Shown here: in pieces, positions 28,697-37,079 of the stretch
How positions within the stretch are numbered: the stretch's first letter is position 1
How the letters are laid out: each line of letters opens with the position of its first letter
NCBI GenBank assembly: GCA_052279835.1
Contig: CP181291.1
Span: 3,648,001 to 3,712,000 of the forward strand
From: Microcoleus sp.
Lineage (GTDB): Bacteria > Cyanobacteriota > Cyanobacteriia > Cyanobacteriales > Microcoleaceae
DNA length: 64,000 nt
Direction of reading: 5' to 3'
Notes under the pieces: model-generated
Database searches by the model: none
Seen by the model: only the letters and a program-made list of their open reading frames with translations
What the model was told of the DNA's origin: nothing
Position numbers and translations under genes: made by a program

Positions 28697-29647
28697 ATGT
28701 TCAGATCAGACAATTTTTTTTGCTCTAATCAATCTTTGCTTGTTAACGAGAACCTTATTGGCACAGCACTCTTAACTGAAGTATATATTTTTATTGAACA
28801 TAAAAAGCCGTGGGCTAATGAAGCATTTGAATCAAAAGAAATTCCTCAAAGGTTACGGTTAATTATTGATGAATATCGTAAATCTGCTCGTTTTCTTCTG
28901 ATTTGCAACAAAAATACTAAGCATAAAAAAAGTGTTAAAATTCTTTTTTATGTGCGCTCTAATGAGGAAAATCTGTCTAATGGATTTACCCTATATGAAG
29001 CAGAATGTTCCAACTATGAACATATATGTGAAACTATAGAAAATTACTTCATTCATCAGAAACTTCCGTCAAAAGATCGCTCGGCAAAGAGTCGTAATAT
29101 TTTGATTTGTACTCACGGAGGATTTGACCAGTGTTGTGGCAAGTATGGAACACCATTCTACATAAAGTCTAATCAGATATTAGACTTTATCAATGTTAAT
29201 GAAAAAATTGAAGTATGGGAATCTAGTCACTTTGGAGGACATCGCTTTGCGCCAACTATGATTGACTTTCCAGATGGTAGATATTATGGAAGAATGAATG
29301 AAGATATTTTTACTGCAATCATTAATCGAACTGGAGATTTAAATAAAACTATATCCTCTTATAGAGGATGGGCAATATTACCCAAAATAGCACAAGTAGT
29401 AGAGAAGCAACTGTTGCTTGATATTGGTTGGTCGTGGTTTAATGCCTCTGCTGCTAGTCACGTAAAACCTTTAGAAGACGGTGTATCTTACAATGTTACA
29501 ATCAGATACTTACTAGCGCATGATGAGAGACTATGTTCTGCTAGAGTATCAAAATCTTCGGAATTCTTGAACATTAAAATTCGTTGTCAAAATCAAGTAG
29601 ACAGTGTAGTTCCTCAATTTTCTATTGATAGCTTTGAGTATTTATAA
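28697..29647 (+). CDS. Sucrase/ferredoxin-like (Suc_Fer-like; Apd1/Aim32-type [2Fe-2S]) protein
   Basis: ICTHGGFDQCCG...WESSHFGGHRFAPT matches C-x8-C...HxGGH; GAGG RBS. Confidence 0.85.
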   Translation: MFRSDNFFCSNQSLLVNENLIGTALLTEVYIFIEHKKPWANEAFESKEIPQRLRLIIDEYRKSARFLLICNKNTKHKKSVKILFYVRSNEENLSNGFTLYEAECSNYEHICETIENYFIHQKLPSKDRSAKSRNILICTHGGFDQCCGKYGTPFYIKSNQILDFINVNEKIEVWESSHFGGHRFAPTMIDFPDGRYYGRMNEDIFTAIINRTGDLNKTISSYRGWAILPKIAQVVEKQLLLDIGWSWFNASAASHVKPLEDGVSYNVTIRYLLAHDERLCSARVSKSSEFLNIKIRCQNQVDSVVPQFSIDSFEYL

Positions 29648-29715
29648 AAATCAAATACCAAACACTGCGATGATTCTACGGAGTGCGATCGACAGAATAA
29701 ATGAGAAGTAAAATC

Positions 29716-30117
29716 TCACGAATTTGCTGCCCAAAGAATAGTAATATCGCTGTATTGCTTGAACATTGAATCAGCACTCACAAGCGTCATCTCCTCGATC
29801 TGAGCCTGGGCAATTAGCATTCGATCAAAGGGATCTCGATGATGTAATTGTAACGCAGCCGCTCGCAGGGCATGAGGTGCTGTAATTTCCAACGATCGCA
29901 CATCTAACTGTATCATACGGCTAGAAATGTAGGTATCTATCGGTTCTGGCAGTGGCAACTTTCCGATCGCAACTTTGATACCCATTTCCCAGATACTAGC
30001 AACAGAAAACCACAATTCGTTCGTTTCATCGGCAATCTGTGCGATCGCCTCCTCATTCAATCGCTCTGGTTGGGCAAACCACCACAAAAAGCACTGCGTA
30101 TCCAGCAATAGTTTCAC
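29716..30117 (-). CDS. vapC: VapC-type PIN toxin
   Basis: LLLDTQ, SVASIWE, HHRDPFDRMLIAQA. Confidence 0.9.
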   Translation of the reverse strand: MKLLLDTQCFLWWFAQPERLNEEAIAQIADETNELWFSVASIWEMGIKVAIGKLPLPEPIDTYISSRMIQLDVRSLEITAPHALRAAALQLHHRDPFDRMLIAQAQIEEMTLVSADSMFKQYSDITILWAANS

Positions 30118-30359
30118 TTTTCATCCCCCTCGAATGCGGTCAAAATATCTTTTGGCAAAGGATCGTTAAAGTCCTCTGGCAAAACAAATCTCCCTCGATC
30201 TTGCCCTAAACTAGCTCGTCGATTAGATGAAGTACGAAACGGCACCAACTTCGCGATTGGGATGTCTCCGTTTGCAATAATGATTTCTTCTCCCAATTCT
30301 ACACGCAACAGTAGTAGTGAGAGATTTGTTTTAGCTTGATGGATATTTACAGTTTCCAT
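30114..30359 (-). CDS. Phd/YefM family antitoxin
   Basis: VNIHQAKTNLS...GEEIII...PIAKLVP; 4-nt overlap with vapC. Confidence 0.88.
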   Translation of the reverse strand: METVNIHQAKTNLSLLLLRVELGEEIIIANGDIPIAKLVPFRTSSNRRASLGQDRGRFVLPEDFNDPLPKDILTAFEGDEK

Positions 30360-30576
30360 GCTCTTAAAAAATTAAGTCTATAAGTTAAGTTTAGTTCGAT
30401 GGTGAGAGTTCTGCAAGATCGAGTTTATGAATGCTCTACAAATACCACCCGGCGCATACTCTCACCAAAATTAATAGCGATCGCCTTAGTTCGATCGCCC
30501 GTCACAGCAAATACCTTCTGACTGCAATTACAGTATAATGAGTAAACATGATCAGCGTAAAAATTGCACAAAAATC

Positions 30577-30798
30577 ATGACTATCGATCTAGAGATTTTT
30601 CAAACAGTCGTCAAGATGCCAGAATCTCTCAAACAAGAGATATTGCATTATGCAAAATATTTACTTGAGAAACACGCAAAAACTGAATTATCTCCAGAAC
30701 AACTTGAACAACCTCATGGTTATGGTAGTTGGGCCGGTCAAATCGTTATGTCTGATGATTTCGATGAACCGCTGGAAGATTTAAAGGAATATATGTAA
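30577..30798 (+). CDS. DUF2281-type antitoxin
   Basis: MPESLKQEILHYAKYL...GSWAGQIVMSDDFDEPLED; start placed at MTIDLE. Confidence 0.75.
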   Translation: MTIDLEIFQTVVKMPESLKQEILHYAKYLLEKHAKTELSPEQLEQPHGYGSWAGQIVMSDDFDEPLEDLKEYM

Positions 30799-30799
30799 C

Positions 30800-31180
30800 A
30801 TGGAATGCCTTTTAGATACTCATGCCTTTCTGTGGTACTTGCTTGGCGATTCCAATCTAGGTAGTAAAGCAAAAGAAGCGATCGATACTAAAACAGGTTT
30901 GTATTTTAGTATTGCCAGCCTGTGGGAAATTTCAATTAAAATTAATGTTGGTAAGCTTCAACTGAATCGACCATTTGAAGACCTGCCGAAAGAATTGGAA
31001 TACATTAACGCTCAAATTCTACCAATTACATTTGAAGATACTGAGGTTTACACAGGTCTTCCCCTGCATCACCGAGATCCGTTCGATCGCATTTTGGTAG
31101 CACAGACGATGAATCATTCGCTGGTTTTGATTAGTCGTGATGAGGCTTTTGATGCTTATCCAATTCAGCGGGTGTGGTGA
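30800..31180 (+). CDS. vapC: VapC-type PIN toxin
   Basis: LLDTHAFLW, SIASLWE, HHRDPFDRILVAQ. Confidence 0.9.
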   Translation: MECLLDTHAFLWYLLGDSNLGSKAKEAIDTKTGLYFSIASLWEISIKINVGKLQLNRPFEDLPKELEYINAQILPITFEDTEVYTGLPLHHRDPFDRILVAQTMNHSLVLISRDEAFDAYPIQRVW

Positions 31181-31379
31181 TGAATAAGGCAAAAATGTTA
31201 GATTAGCGATCGCCCTTGGCACCAAATACCAAACCTTGCGATGATTCTACGACTTGCGATCGCCCTTTCTTTTTTCAGATGATCGATCGCCTAAAATGAA
31301 AGATCGATCGCACTTATCTAATTCCTAGCCAACAAACCAGACATATTCAGCAGTTTTCTTGACCAAATGATCCAAACCT

Positions 31380-31898
31380 TTAGGCTGTTTTACTTGCCTT
31401 CTCTCTTTTTCGTTTGCGCCATCTTTCCGCTGTTTCTTTAATAGCCTCTATTTCCTCAAAATCTACCTGCATCACAGCAGTTTTGAACTCCAAACCCAAA
31501 GCCAAGCTAATCTCAAGAATTTCCATCAAACTAGCATTTTGATATTTTCTTTTCTCGTATTCCTTGATACGTTCTGGGTCAATATCCAAAATTTCCGCTA
31601 GTTCTTCTTCACTCATTTTGGCAGCCATCCGAGCTTTAATTAAAGCCTCTGACAGTCTATTGAAATTCTCAACTACAATTTCGATCGGCTTGCTCTTGTC
31701 CCACGCCATCAATCTTTCATATTCCGCTATTTCTTCATGCAATTGATCCAAATGGCACTGGATCGAACCTCTACCTGCATCCCATTTGAGAAAGTCTTTC
31801 CTTTTTGCTTCTTCATCTCGCTCCATTGCTGCTAGAGTTTTGTTGAATTTTTCTACCCATTCTTTGCTGACTTCATACTCTAGTTCATCTTTGATCAT
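31380..31898 (-). CDS. XRE/HigA-like HTH protein, putative antitoxin
   Basis: LIKARMAAKMSEEELAEILDIDPERIKEYE; ATGA overlap with the upstream gene at 31895-31898. Confidence 0.75.
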   Translation of the reverse strand: MIKDELEYEVSKEWVEKFNKTLAAMERDEEAKRKDFLKWDAGRGSIQCHLDQLHEEIAEYERLMAWDKSKPIEIVVENFNRLSEALIKARMAAKMSEEELAEILDIDPERIKEYEKRKYQNASLMEILEISLALGLEFKTAVMQVDFEEIEAIKETAERWRKRKREKASKTA

Positions 31899-32341
31899 GG
31901 TTCCCACCTCATTAAATCTATCGCTATAATTCCTTTCTTCCTTTGTCTTCTATCCTTTTGAAAAAACTCAAAGGAATTGTCGCCGTAATTGCCTACAGGT
32001 TCGTCGGAGGGGAAAATTTCCCCTCTATACTTAGCTTTTTGGGCATTTCGATCGGAATGATTGAACAATCTAGGAGCATTCATTCTCAAATACTCCCTAT
32101 CTAGAGTTTCCGGATCGTAACAAGCATCAAAATCGTTAGGGTTTGGCTCTATCGTAACAAAACTACCATTAATATAAATAGTCCTACAACCTGCTGCTTT
32201 TAACTGGGTCATTGCCAGTTTCAAGCCCCGTATCATGTTCTCTCTTTTAAAATTCGTACCAAATCTCTCGTTGAACTCCTCCCATTCACAGAAATGAACT
32301 CCTGGTGGTAGATTGCCGTTTTCATCGAATTCTGGAATCAC
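31895..32341 (-). CDS. DUF6932-like minimal nucleotidyltransferase-fold protein, putative toxin
   Basis: IPEFDENGNLPPGVH; GSFVT...PNDFD (GS...DxD); GTG start 32341. Confidence 0.6.
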   Translation of the reverse strand: MIPEFDENGNLPPGVHFCEWEEFNERFGTNFKRENMIRGLKLAMTQLKAAGCRTIYINGSFVTIEPNPNDFDACYDPETLDREYLRMNAPRLFNHSDRNAQKAKYRGEIFPSDEPVGNYGDNSFEFFQKDRRQRKKGIIAIDLMRWEP

Positions 32342-32699
32342 TTGCTCACACTCATTCCACACATTAACGATTTGTCTCTTGATCTTACCATAGCTATCAT
32401 TATAACTCACCACTATCCAGACAACCGACTCTGATAGGTGTAGACGCAGAGGTCGCCCGATCGGCCTTCACACCAAATACCAAACAGTACGATGATTCTA
32501 CCAAGATCGATCGCCCTTTCTTGTTTCTGATGAGCGAGATTCTAAAATAAAAGATCGATCGCCCTTCAAGCTAAATACCAAACATTTCGATGATTGTACG
32601 AAGTTCGATCGCCCTTCATGCCAAATACCAAACACTGCGATCGTTGTACGGAGTGGGGGAGGGCGGGTTTATTTAACCTGTCTGCAACCTTTAAAGCTC

Positions 32700-32846
32700 T
32701 TGGTGAACCCTTCGACCCTTCGACCCCAACGACCCTTCGACTCCGCTCAGGGCGACGCTACGCGGTTCCTGCCCTTCGACTCCGCTCAGGAACCGCGGAG
32801 TCGAAGGGCAGGACGGCGCTCCGCTCAGGGCATCGCCCGCCCCTAC
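32700..32846. repeat. CCCTTCGACTCCGCTCAGG palindromic repeat cluster
   Basis: Several direct and inverted copies between 32708 and 32831. Confidence 0.7.
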
Positions 32847-32877
32847 AGCTTATTGAGAATGGTGCAATATCTCAGTT

Positions 32878-33213
32878 CTAACTCACTGCAAATTCTGTGA
32901 ACTGACGCATATAAGGTGGATGAAACCCAACCACAATATCCGACTTCGGCACACCTATATTAACCAGCTCTTGCCCTAAATCGATTTCTGTTCCATTCTG
33001 CTGAATCCAGATTTTGCCATCCTTAATATCGAGATGTATAGGACAACCGTAAACTCGCTGTTTATTATCCCAACCGACTCGAACAACTTGATAATGATTG
33101 TGTTCTGTGTCAAAAACAACTTGCATCTCCACTTCTCCATAAGAAGGCTTGTATGCAGCATATTTTGTCAGAACTTGTTTGATACAATCCCGATATTTTT
33201 CTACTTTTTCCAT
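32878..33213 (-). CDS. xisI: XisI family protein
   Basis: VGWDNKQRVYGCPIHLDIKDGKIWIQQNGTE...GVPKSDIVVGFHPP. Confidence 0.92.
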   Translation of the reverse strand: MEKVEKYRDCIKQVLTKYAAYKPSYGEVEMQVVFDTEHNHYQVVRVGWDNKQRVYGCPIHLDIKDGKIWIQQNGTEIDLGQELVNIGVPKSDIVVGFHPPYMRQFTEFAVS

Positions 33214-33624
33214 AAAGCTATTACCTCTTCTTCTACGTCATAGACCAATAATTTAAACTGGTAATCATCCACAACAGCGATTGCAAATTCACGCTTGAAG
33301 AAATCGTTATACGCCGTCAAAGGAATTGCCAAAAATAGCTGACGTTGGGGGTCTTTGAATTTTAGTGCTGTACGGTAATTGATAAATTGTCCAACCGCTA
33401 AATGAAAATCTGTTATGGCTGAAGTATTCAAAAAGCTCTTGATTTCTACAGCAATTTTCTCGCCCTGGCGTTCGGCTGCGAGCAAACGTTCCGCCCCCAG
33501 ATCGATTAACATATCAACTCCACCCACACTGATGGAAAGTGGGTCATCTGTAATCTGCAATCTGCCAACCATCCTTTTCCAAGGCAATCTTCACAACATC
33601 ATGAAATTTATCTTTTGCTGACAT
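33201..33624 (-). pseudogene. xisH: XisH family protein frameshifted by a 7-bp duplication
   Basis: ATG 33624 gives MSAKDKFHDVVKIALEKDGWQI, then AATCTGC x2 (33552-33565) shifts the frame; the remainder ITDDPLS...IDLGAE...KIAVEIKSF is in another frame. Confidence 0.88.
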
Positions 33625-33871
33625 AAAGCCTTGGTGACAAACAACTATAATTATACTGCCATTAATTGAGATTTGTGAGTGTAATTCAGGTTGCTGACTC
33701 ACCAAATCAAGCCTCGTGTCCGATCGCGCTTTCGTAAGACTTGTTCAAAGGAGTGCGCCCTTGGCACCAAATACCAAACACTGCGATGATTCTACCAGTT
33801 GCAATGCTTGAGTAAAAAGAGCGATCGACACTCGTTATAATCAAAGTATCAATCCTCCACCAGATGCCGCG

Positions 33872-34063
33872 ATGACTATCAAAGAACTCCTCATCCAAGA
33901 AATCGATAGCATCCCTGACGAACTGCTTGCGGATCTTCTCAGCTTGGTGCGATCGCTCAAATCGCCTCCACATCCCCAACTCAATACCTACGAACAACTG
34001 CTAGAACGAATCGACTACCTCGAAGCCATCATCGGCATCCGCAAAGGACTTGAAAGCTTCTGA
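33872..34063 (+). CDS. Small DUF2281/antitoxin-like protein, possibly a truncated orphan
   Basis: IKELLIQEIDSIPDELLADLL...YEQLLERIDYLEAIIGIRKGLE; no toxin partner follows. Confidence 0.5.
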   Translation: MTIKELLIQEIDSIPDELLADLLSLVRSLKSPPHPQLNTYEQLLERIDYLEAIIGIRKGLESF

Positions 34064-34144
34064 AGACACTGAAATTTATACAAGTCTTCTCTAGTTTATC
34101 TCAGAGCAGTTCACGTTTACCAGTATCTCGTGACGAATGACTAA

Positions 34145-34468
34145 CTAATGCAAGAACTTGCGAACTTGATATTCGCGACTTTCGGCGATCGGCATTTGCA
34201 GATCCCCCATTTTCGCATCCAACTCATCGATTAGACTTGGCGACACCGACTTCCACAACTCTTTACTTTCCCAGCGAATCAACATCACCACCTCATTCTC
34301 CACCGGATCTACCCAAGTTTCCTTACCCAAAAAACCGGGTAAACTTCTTAATCCAGCAGTCCAAACTTCTTCATCTCGCTGCATAAATGCTTCCCACTTT
34401 TCGTGAGGCACTTTAAATCTCAGCCACTCGATAACCATAAAAGTTGCCCTTTGTAAATAGCTAATCAA
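34145..34468 (-). CDS. TIGR03792-type ABM-fold protein
   Basis: MVIEWLRFKV...GFLGKETW...IRWESKELWK...YQVRKF; true start probably MVIEW. Confidence 0.75.
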   Translation of the reverse strand: MISYLQRATFMVIEWLRFKVPHEKWEAFMQRDEEVWTAGLRSLPGFLGKETWVDPVENEVVMLIRWESKELWKSVSPSLIDELDAKMGDLQMPIAESREYQVRKFLH

Positions 34469-36744
34469 CCATTACCGATCGCAATTTTAACAATTACCTC
34501 AGTTCCCCGTCCCGGCTCAGAAATATATTCCAATTTACCACCATGTTTTTCTACTACCAAATGTCGGGATATTGACAAACCCAAACCGGTGTTAGTCCCT
34601 GGGGGTTTAGTGGTAAACAAAGGGTCAAAGATACAACCGAGGACTTCTTCTGTCATGCCAGGCCCGTTGTCGCTAATGGCGATCGCCACTTCGCTTTCCC
34701 CTACCATTTCCGTGCGAATCCGAATTTCGGGATTTGGCATTTTACCTGGGGACTCGTGAGCGGATAAATAAGCATGGTTTTTGATTGTACCAGATTTTTC
34801 GGCATTTTTTACTCCCGTTTCCACGGCATCGATCGCATTGGTTAACAAGTGCATGAACACTTGGTTTAGATGTCCTGGATAGCAATGGACGCGCGGTAAA
34901 TTCCCGTATTCTTTAATTAGAGAAATCCCAGTGCGTCCGCCTTTAGCTTGGAGGCGATTTTGCAAAATCAGCAGAGTGCTATCCAAGCCCTCATGGATAT
35001 CTGCCGACTTCTTTTCGGCTTCGTCAGTACGGGAAAATAGGCGGAGCGATCGCACGACATCGCGAATTCTTTCCGAACCTACCTGCATAGAGTTTAGCAG
35101 TTTCACCAAATCTTTTTTGAGAAAATCTAAGTCTAATTCTTCGATGTAATTTTGAATTTCTGGCACTACACTGGGATAATATTTTTGGTAAAGTTCCACC
35201 AATTGTAACAGTTCTTCAATGTAGCCTCTAGCGTGGCTGACATTGCCGGAAATAAAACTAACTGGATTGTTAATTTCGTGGGCTACTCCAGCCACTAATT
35301 GTCCCAGAGATGACATTTTTTCCGTTTGAATCAATTGAGTTTGAGTGCGCTGCAACACCAACAGCATTTGTTCCAATTTTGCTGCTTGCTGTCGCAGGCG
35401 TTCCTCAGATTCCTGCAAAGCTGAGAGAGCTTGTTTCCTGTCTGTAATGTCCAATCCTACAAACACAGCCATGCTATTTTTTTGGTATTTTTGAGCAACT
35501 ATTAAATAGGTTTTGTTTTCTCCTTTAACGCTGGCTGTTACTTCTTCAGATGTGGTTTTATCATCGCTGGCAAAAAATTTGTATACTAAATCGTTGAACT
35601 TGGAACTTGTTTCTAAAAAACCTACTTTTTGACCGACAAATATTTCAGCAGGCATTTGGTAAGCAGCAGCTAAATGGCGGTTAACTCCCAAGTACCGCAA
35701 ATCGGAACTTACCCAAGAAACTAATCCGGGTACGGCATCCAAGACGGCTTGCAGTTGCTCTTTAGCTTCTAAAAGTGCTAATTGTGCTACTTTGCGATCG
35801 GAGATGTCGCGGGCGATCGCGCAGTAGTATTCTTGACCGTCTGATTCAAAATAATTGACTTTTACTTCTACGGGCAAACTTTTGCCTTCTTTGCTTTGAC
35901 ACAGGGCTTCAAAAGTCAGACTATTTTGTGCCTTAATTTGACTACAGTGAGTCTGCCAATCTACTAAGGATAACTGGGGATTTATATCGCTAACTTTGAG
36001 TTGTTGCATTTCTGACTGAGAGTAGCCGAGATTGCGACAAATAGCTTGGTTGGCGTAGCATATTTGACCTTCTGAGGTAGCGAACAGGACTAGGTCGGCG
36101 CAGGTATCGATCGCCAGTTTCGTGATGTGTGCTGCTGTTTCTAAGCCATCGGTTTGGAGATCCGATGGCAAAGGGCGATCGCCATGATCTGAGGAGATGC
36201 GATCGGCTAGGGAGGAAGTAGATAGAATCAAACCTCCGATCGCCCCGTCGCTATTTTTCCAAGGTTTAAACGCCCATTTGATGGCTGCGCCAGCGGTGCC
36301 GGGCCCGGTTTTGTTGGCGATCGATAATGTCGATCGCGCTTCGACAAACTCGGTATATTCTAAAACACCAGCCAACATAGCGCGGATAGTTTGCTGCCAA
36401 TATTCCGGGAGATGAGGAAACAGTTCCCAATGAGACTTGCCGATGATATGTGGGGCACTTAAGTTACAAGCTGTTTCCCAGGGACGAGAAACAGACAGGT
36501 AGCGCATTTCACAGTCTACCATTGCTACGGCGTCAGGGGAATGCTCCACAAACCGCCGAAATTGCTCTTTACTCTCAGACACGGCTGCCTCTGTCAGTTT
36601 GTGGGTAACGAAGGTTGGACGATCGGCATACCTTTCCAGTACCTGACTTTTTTGCTTAACTGGCCTAGTTTGCACGGTTGGGGAAGTCCTCCTGATCTGT
36701 CTTGTTGGCAAAAAATCAACGCAGAAACCTGGTTTTTCGAGCAA
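34465..36744 (-). CDS. Multi-PAS sensor histidine kinase
   Basis: Three PAS-like repeats; EKMSSLGQLVAGVAHEINNP; DNGPG; GTNTGLGLSIS. Start uncertain. Confidence 0.9.
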   Translation of the reverse strand: MLEKPGFCVDFLPTRQIRRTSPTVQTRPVKQKSQVLERYADRPTFVTHKLTEAAVSESKEQFRRFVEHSPDAVAMVDCEMRYLSVSRPWETACNLSAPHIIGKSHWELFPHLPEYWQQTIRAMLAGVLEYTEFVEARSTLSIANKTGPGTAGAAIKWAFKPWKNSDGAIGGLILSTSSLADRISSDHGDRPLPSDLQTDGLETAAHITKLAIDTCADLVLFATSEGQICYANQAICRNLGYSQSEMQQLKVSDINPQLSLVDWQTHCSQIKAQNSLTFEALCQSKEGKSLPVEVKVNYFESDGQEYYCAIARDISDRKVAQLALLEAKEQLQAVLDAVPGLVSWVSSDLRYLGVNRHLAAAYQMPAEIFVGQKVGFLETSSKFNDLVYKFFASDDKTTSEEVTASVKGENKTYLIVAQKYQKNSMAVFVGLDITDRKQALSALQESEERLRQQAAKLEQMLLVLQRTQTQLIQTEKMSSLGQLVAGVAHEINNPVSFISGNVSHARGYIEELLQLVELYQKYYPSVVPEIQNYIEELDLDFLKKDLVKLLNSMQVGSERIRDVVRSLRLFSRTDEAEKKSADIHEGLDSTLLILQNRLQAKGGRTGISLIKEYGNLPRVHCYPGHLNQVFMHLLTNAIDAVETGVKNAEKSGTIKNHAYLSAHESPGKMPNPEIRIRTEMVGESEVAIAISDNGPGMTEEVLGCIFDPLFTTKPPGTNTGLGLSISRHLVVEKHGGKLEYISEPGRGTEVIVKIAIGNG

Positions 36745-37079
36745 AATACGGCGTTAAGACCTTTAATTCTGTCAAAAAACCCCGGTTTATTTGCTCAGGA
36801 GTGGGTAAATCCTGAAAAATTCTTTTTAATACAAAAAATGCTTTGTCCCTGATGAACTCGATCGGGTAATACCCTAGAGGGGTCTCACCCATCAGTGATA
36901 TCATTTTTGATCTGGATATGTCTATAGGCTAGCGGAAAATTTCGCTTTAAATTATCAAATTCAAGTATTAACAGCCTGTTTGGGAAATGTCTAAGGGTCA
37001 GCATTCTAAGTATTATTGCGTATTGCCAGAGGGGCAATTCATGGGTTCGCGCAGATTTATAGAGACTCTGAAATTTAAG

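Larger units (their letters stand above)
29653..33800 (+). repeat. Dispersed ~45-bp direct repeat CGATCGCCCTT..caCCAAATACCAAACAxTGCGATGATTCTAC, six copies between gene modules
   Basis: AAATACCAAAC cores at ~29653, ~31224, ~32475, ~32573, ~32623 and ~33769, all on the same strand. Confidence 0.8.

Noticed and set aside
32458..32655. CRISPR mini-array formed by three AAATACCAAAC repeats
   Set aside because: The copies are degenerate and irregularly spaced, and the intervening sequence itself recurs at ~31260-31315.
32594..32900. ORFs 32594-32881 and 32700-32900
   Set aside because: Composed of palindromic repeat sequence.
32878..33624. fdxN excision element
   Set aside because: No xisF recombinase or interrupted nif gene is present; standalone xisHI pairs are common in cyanobacteria.
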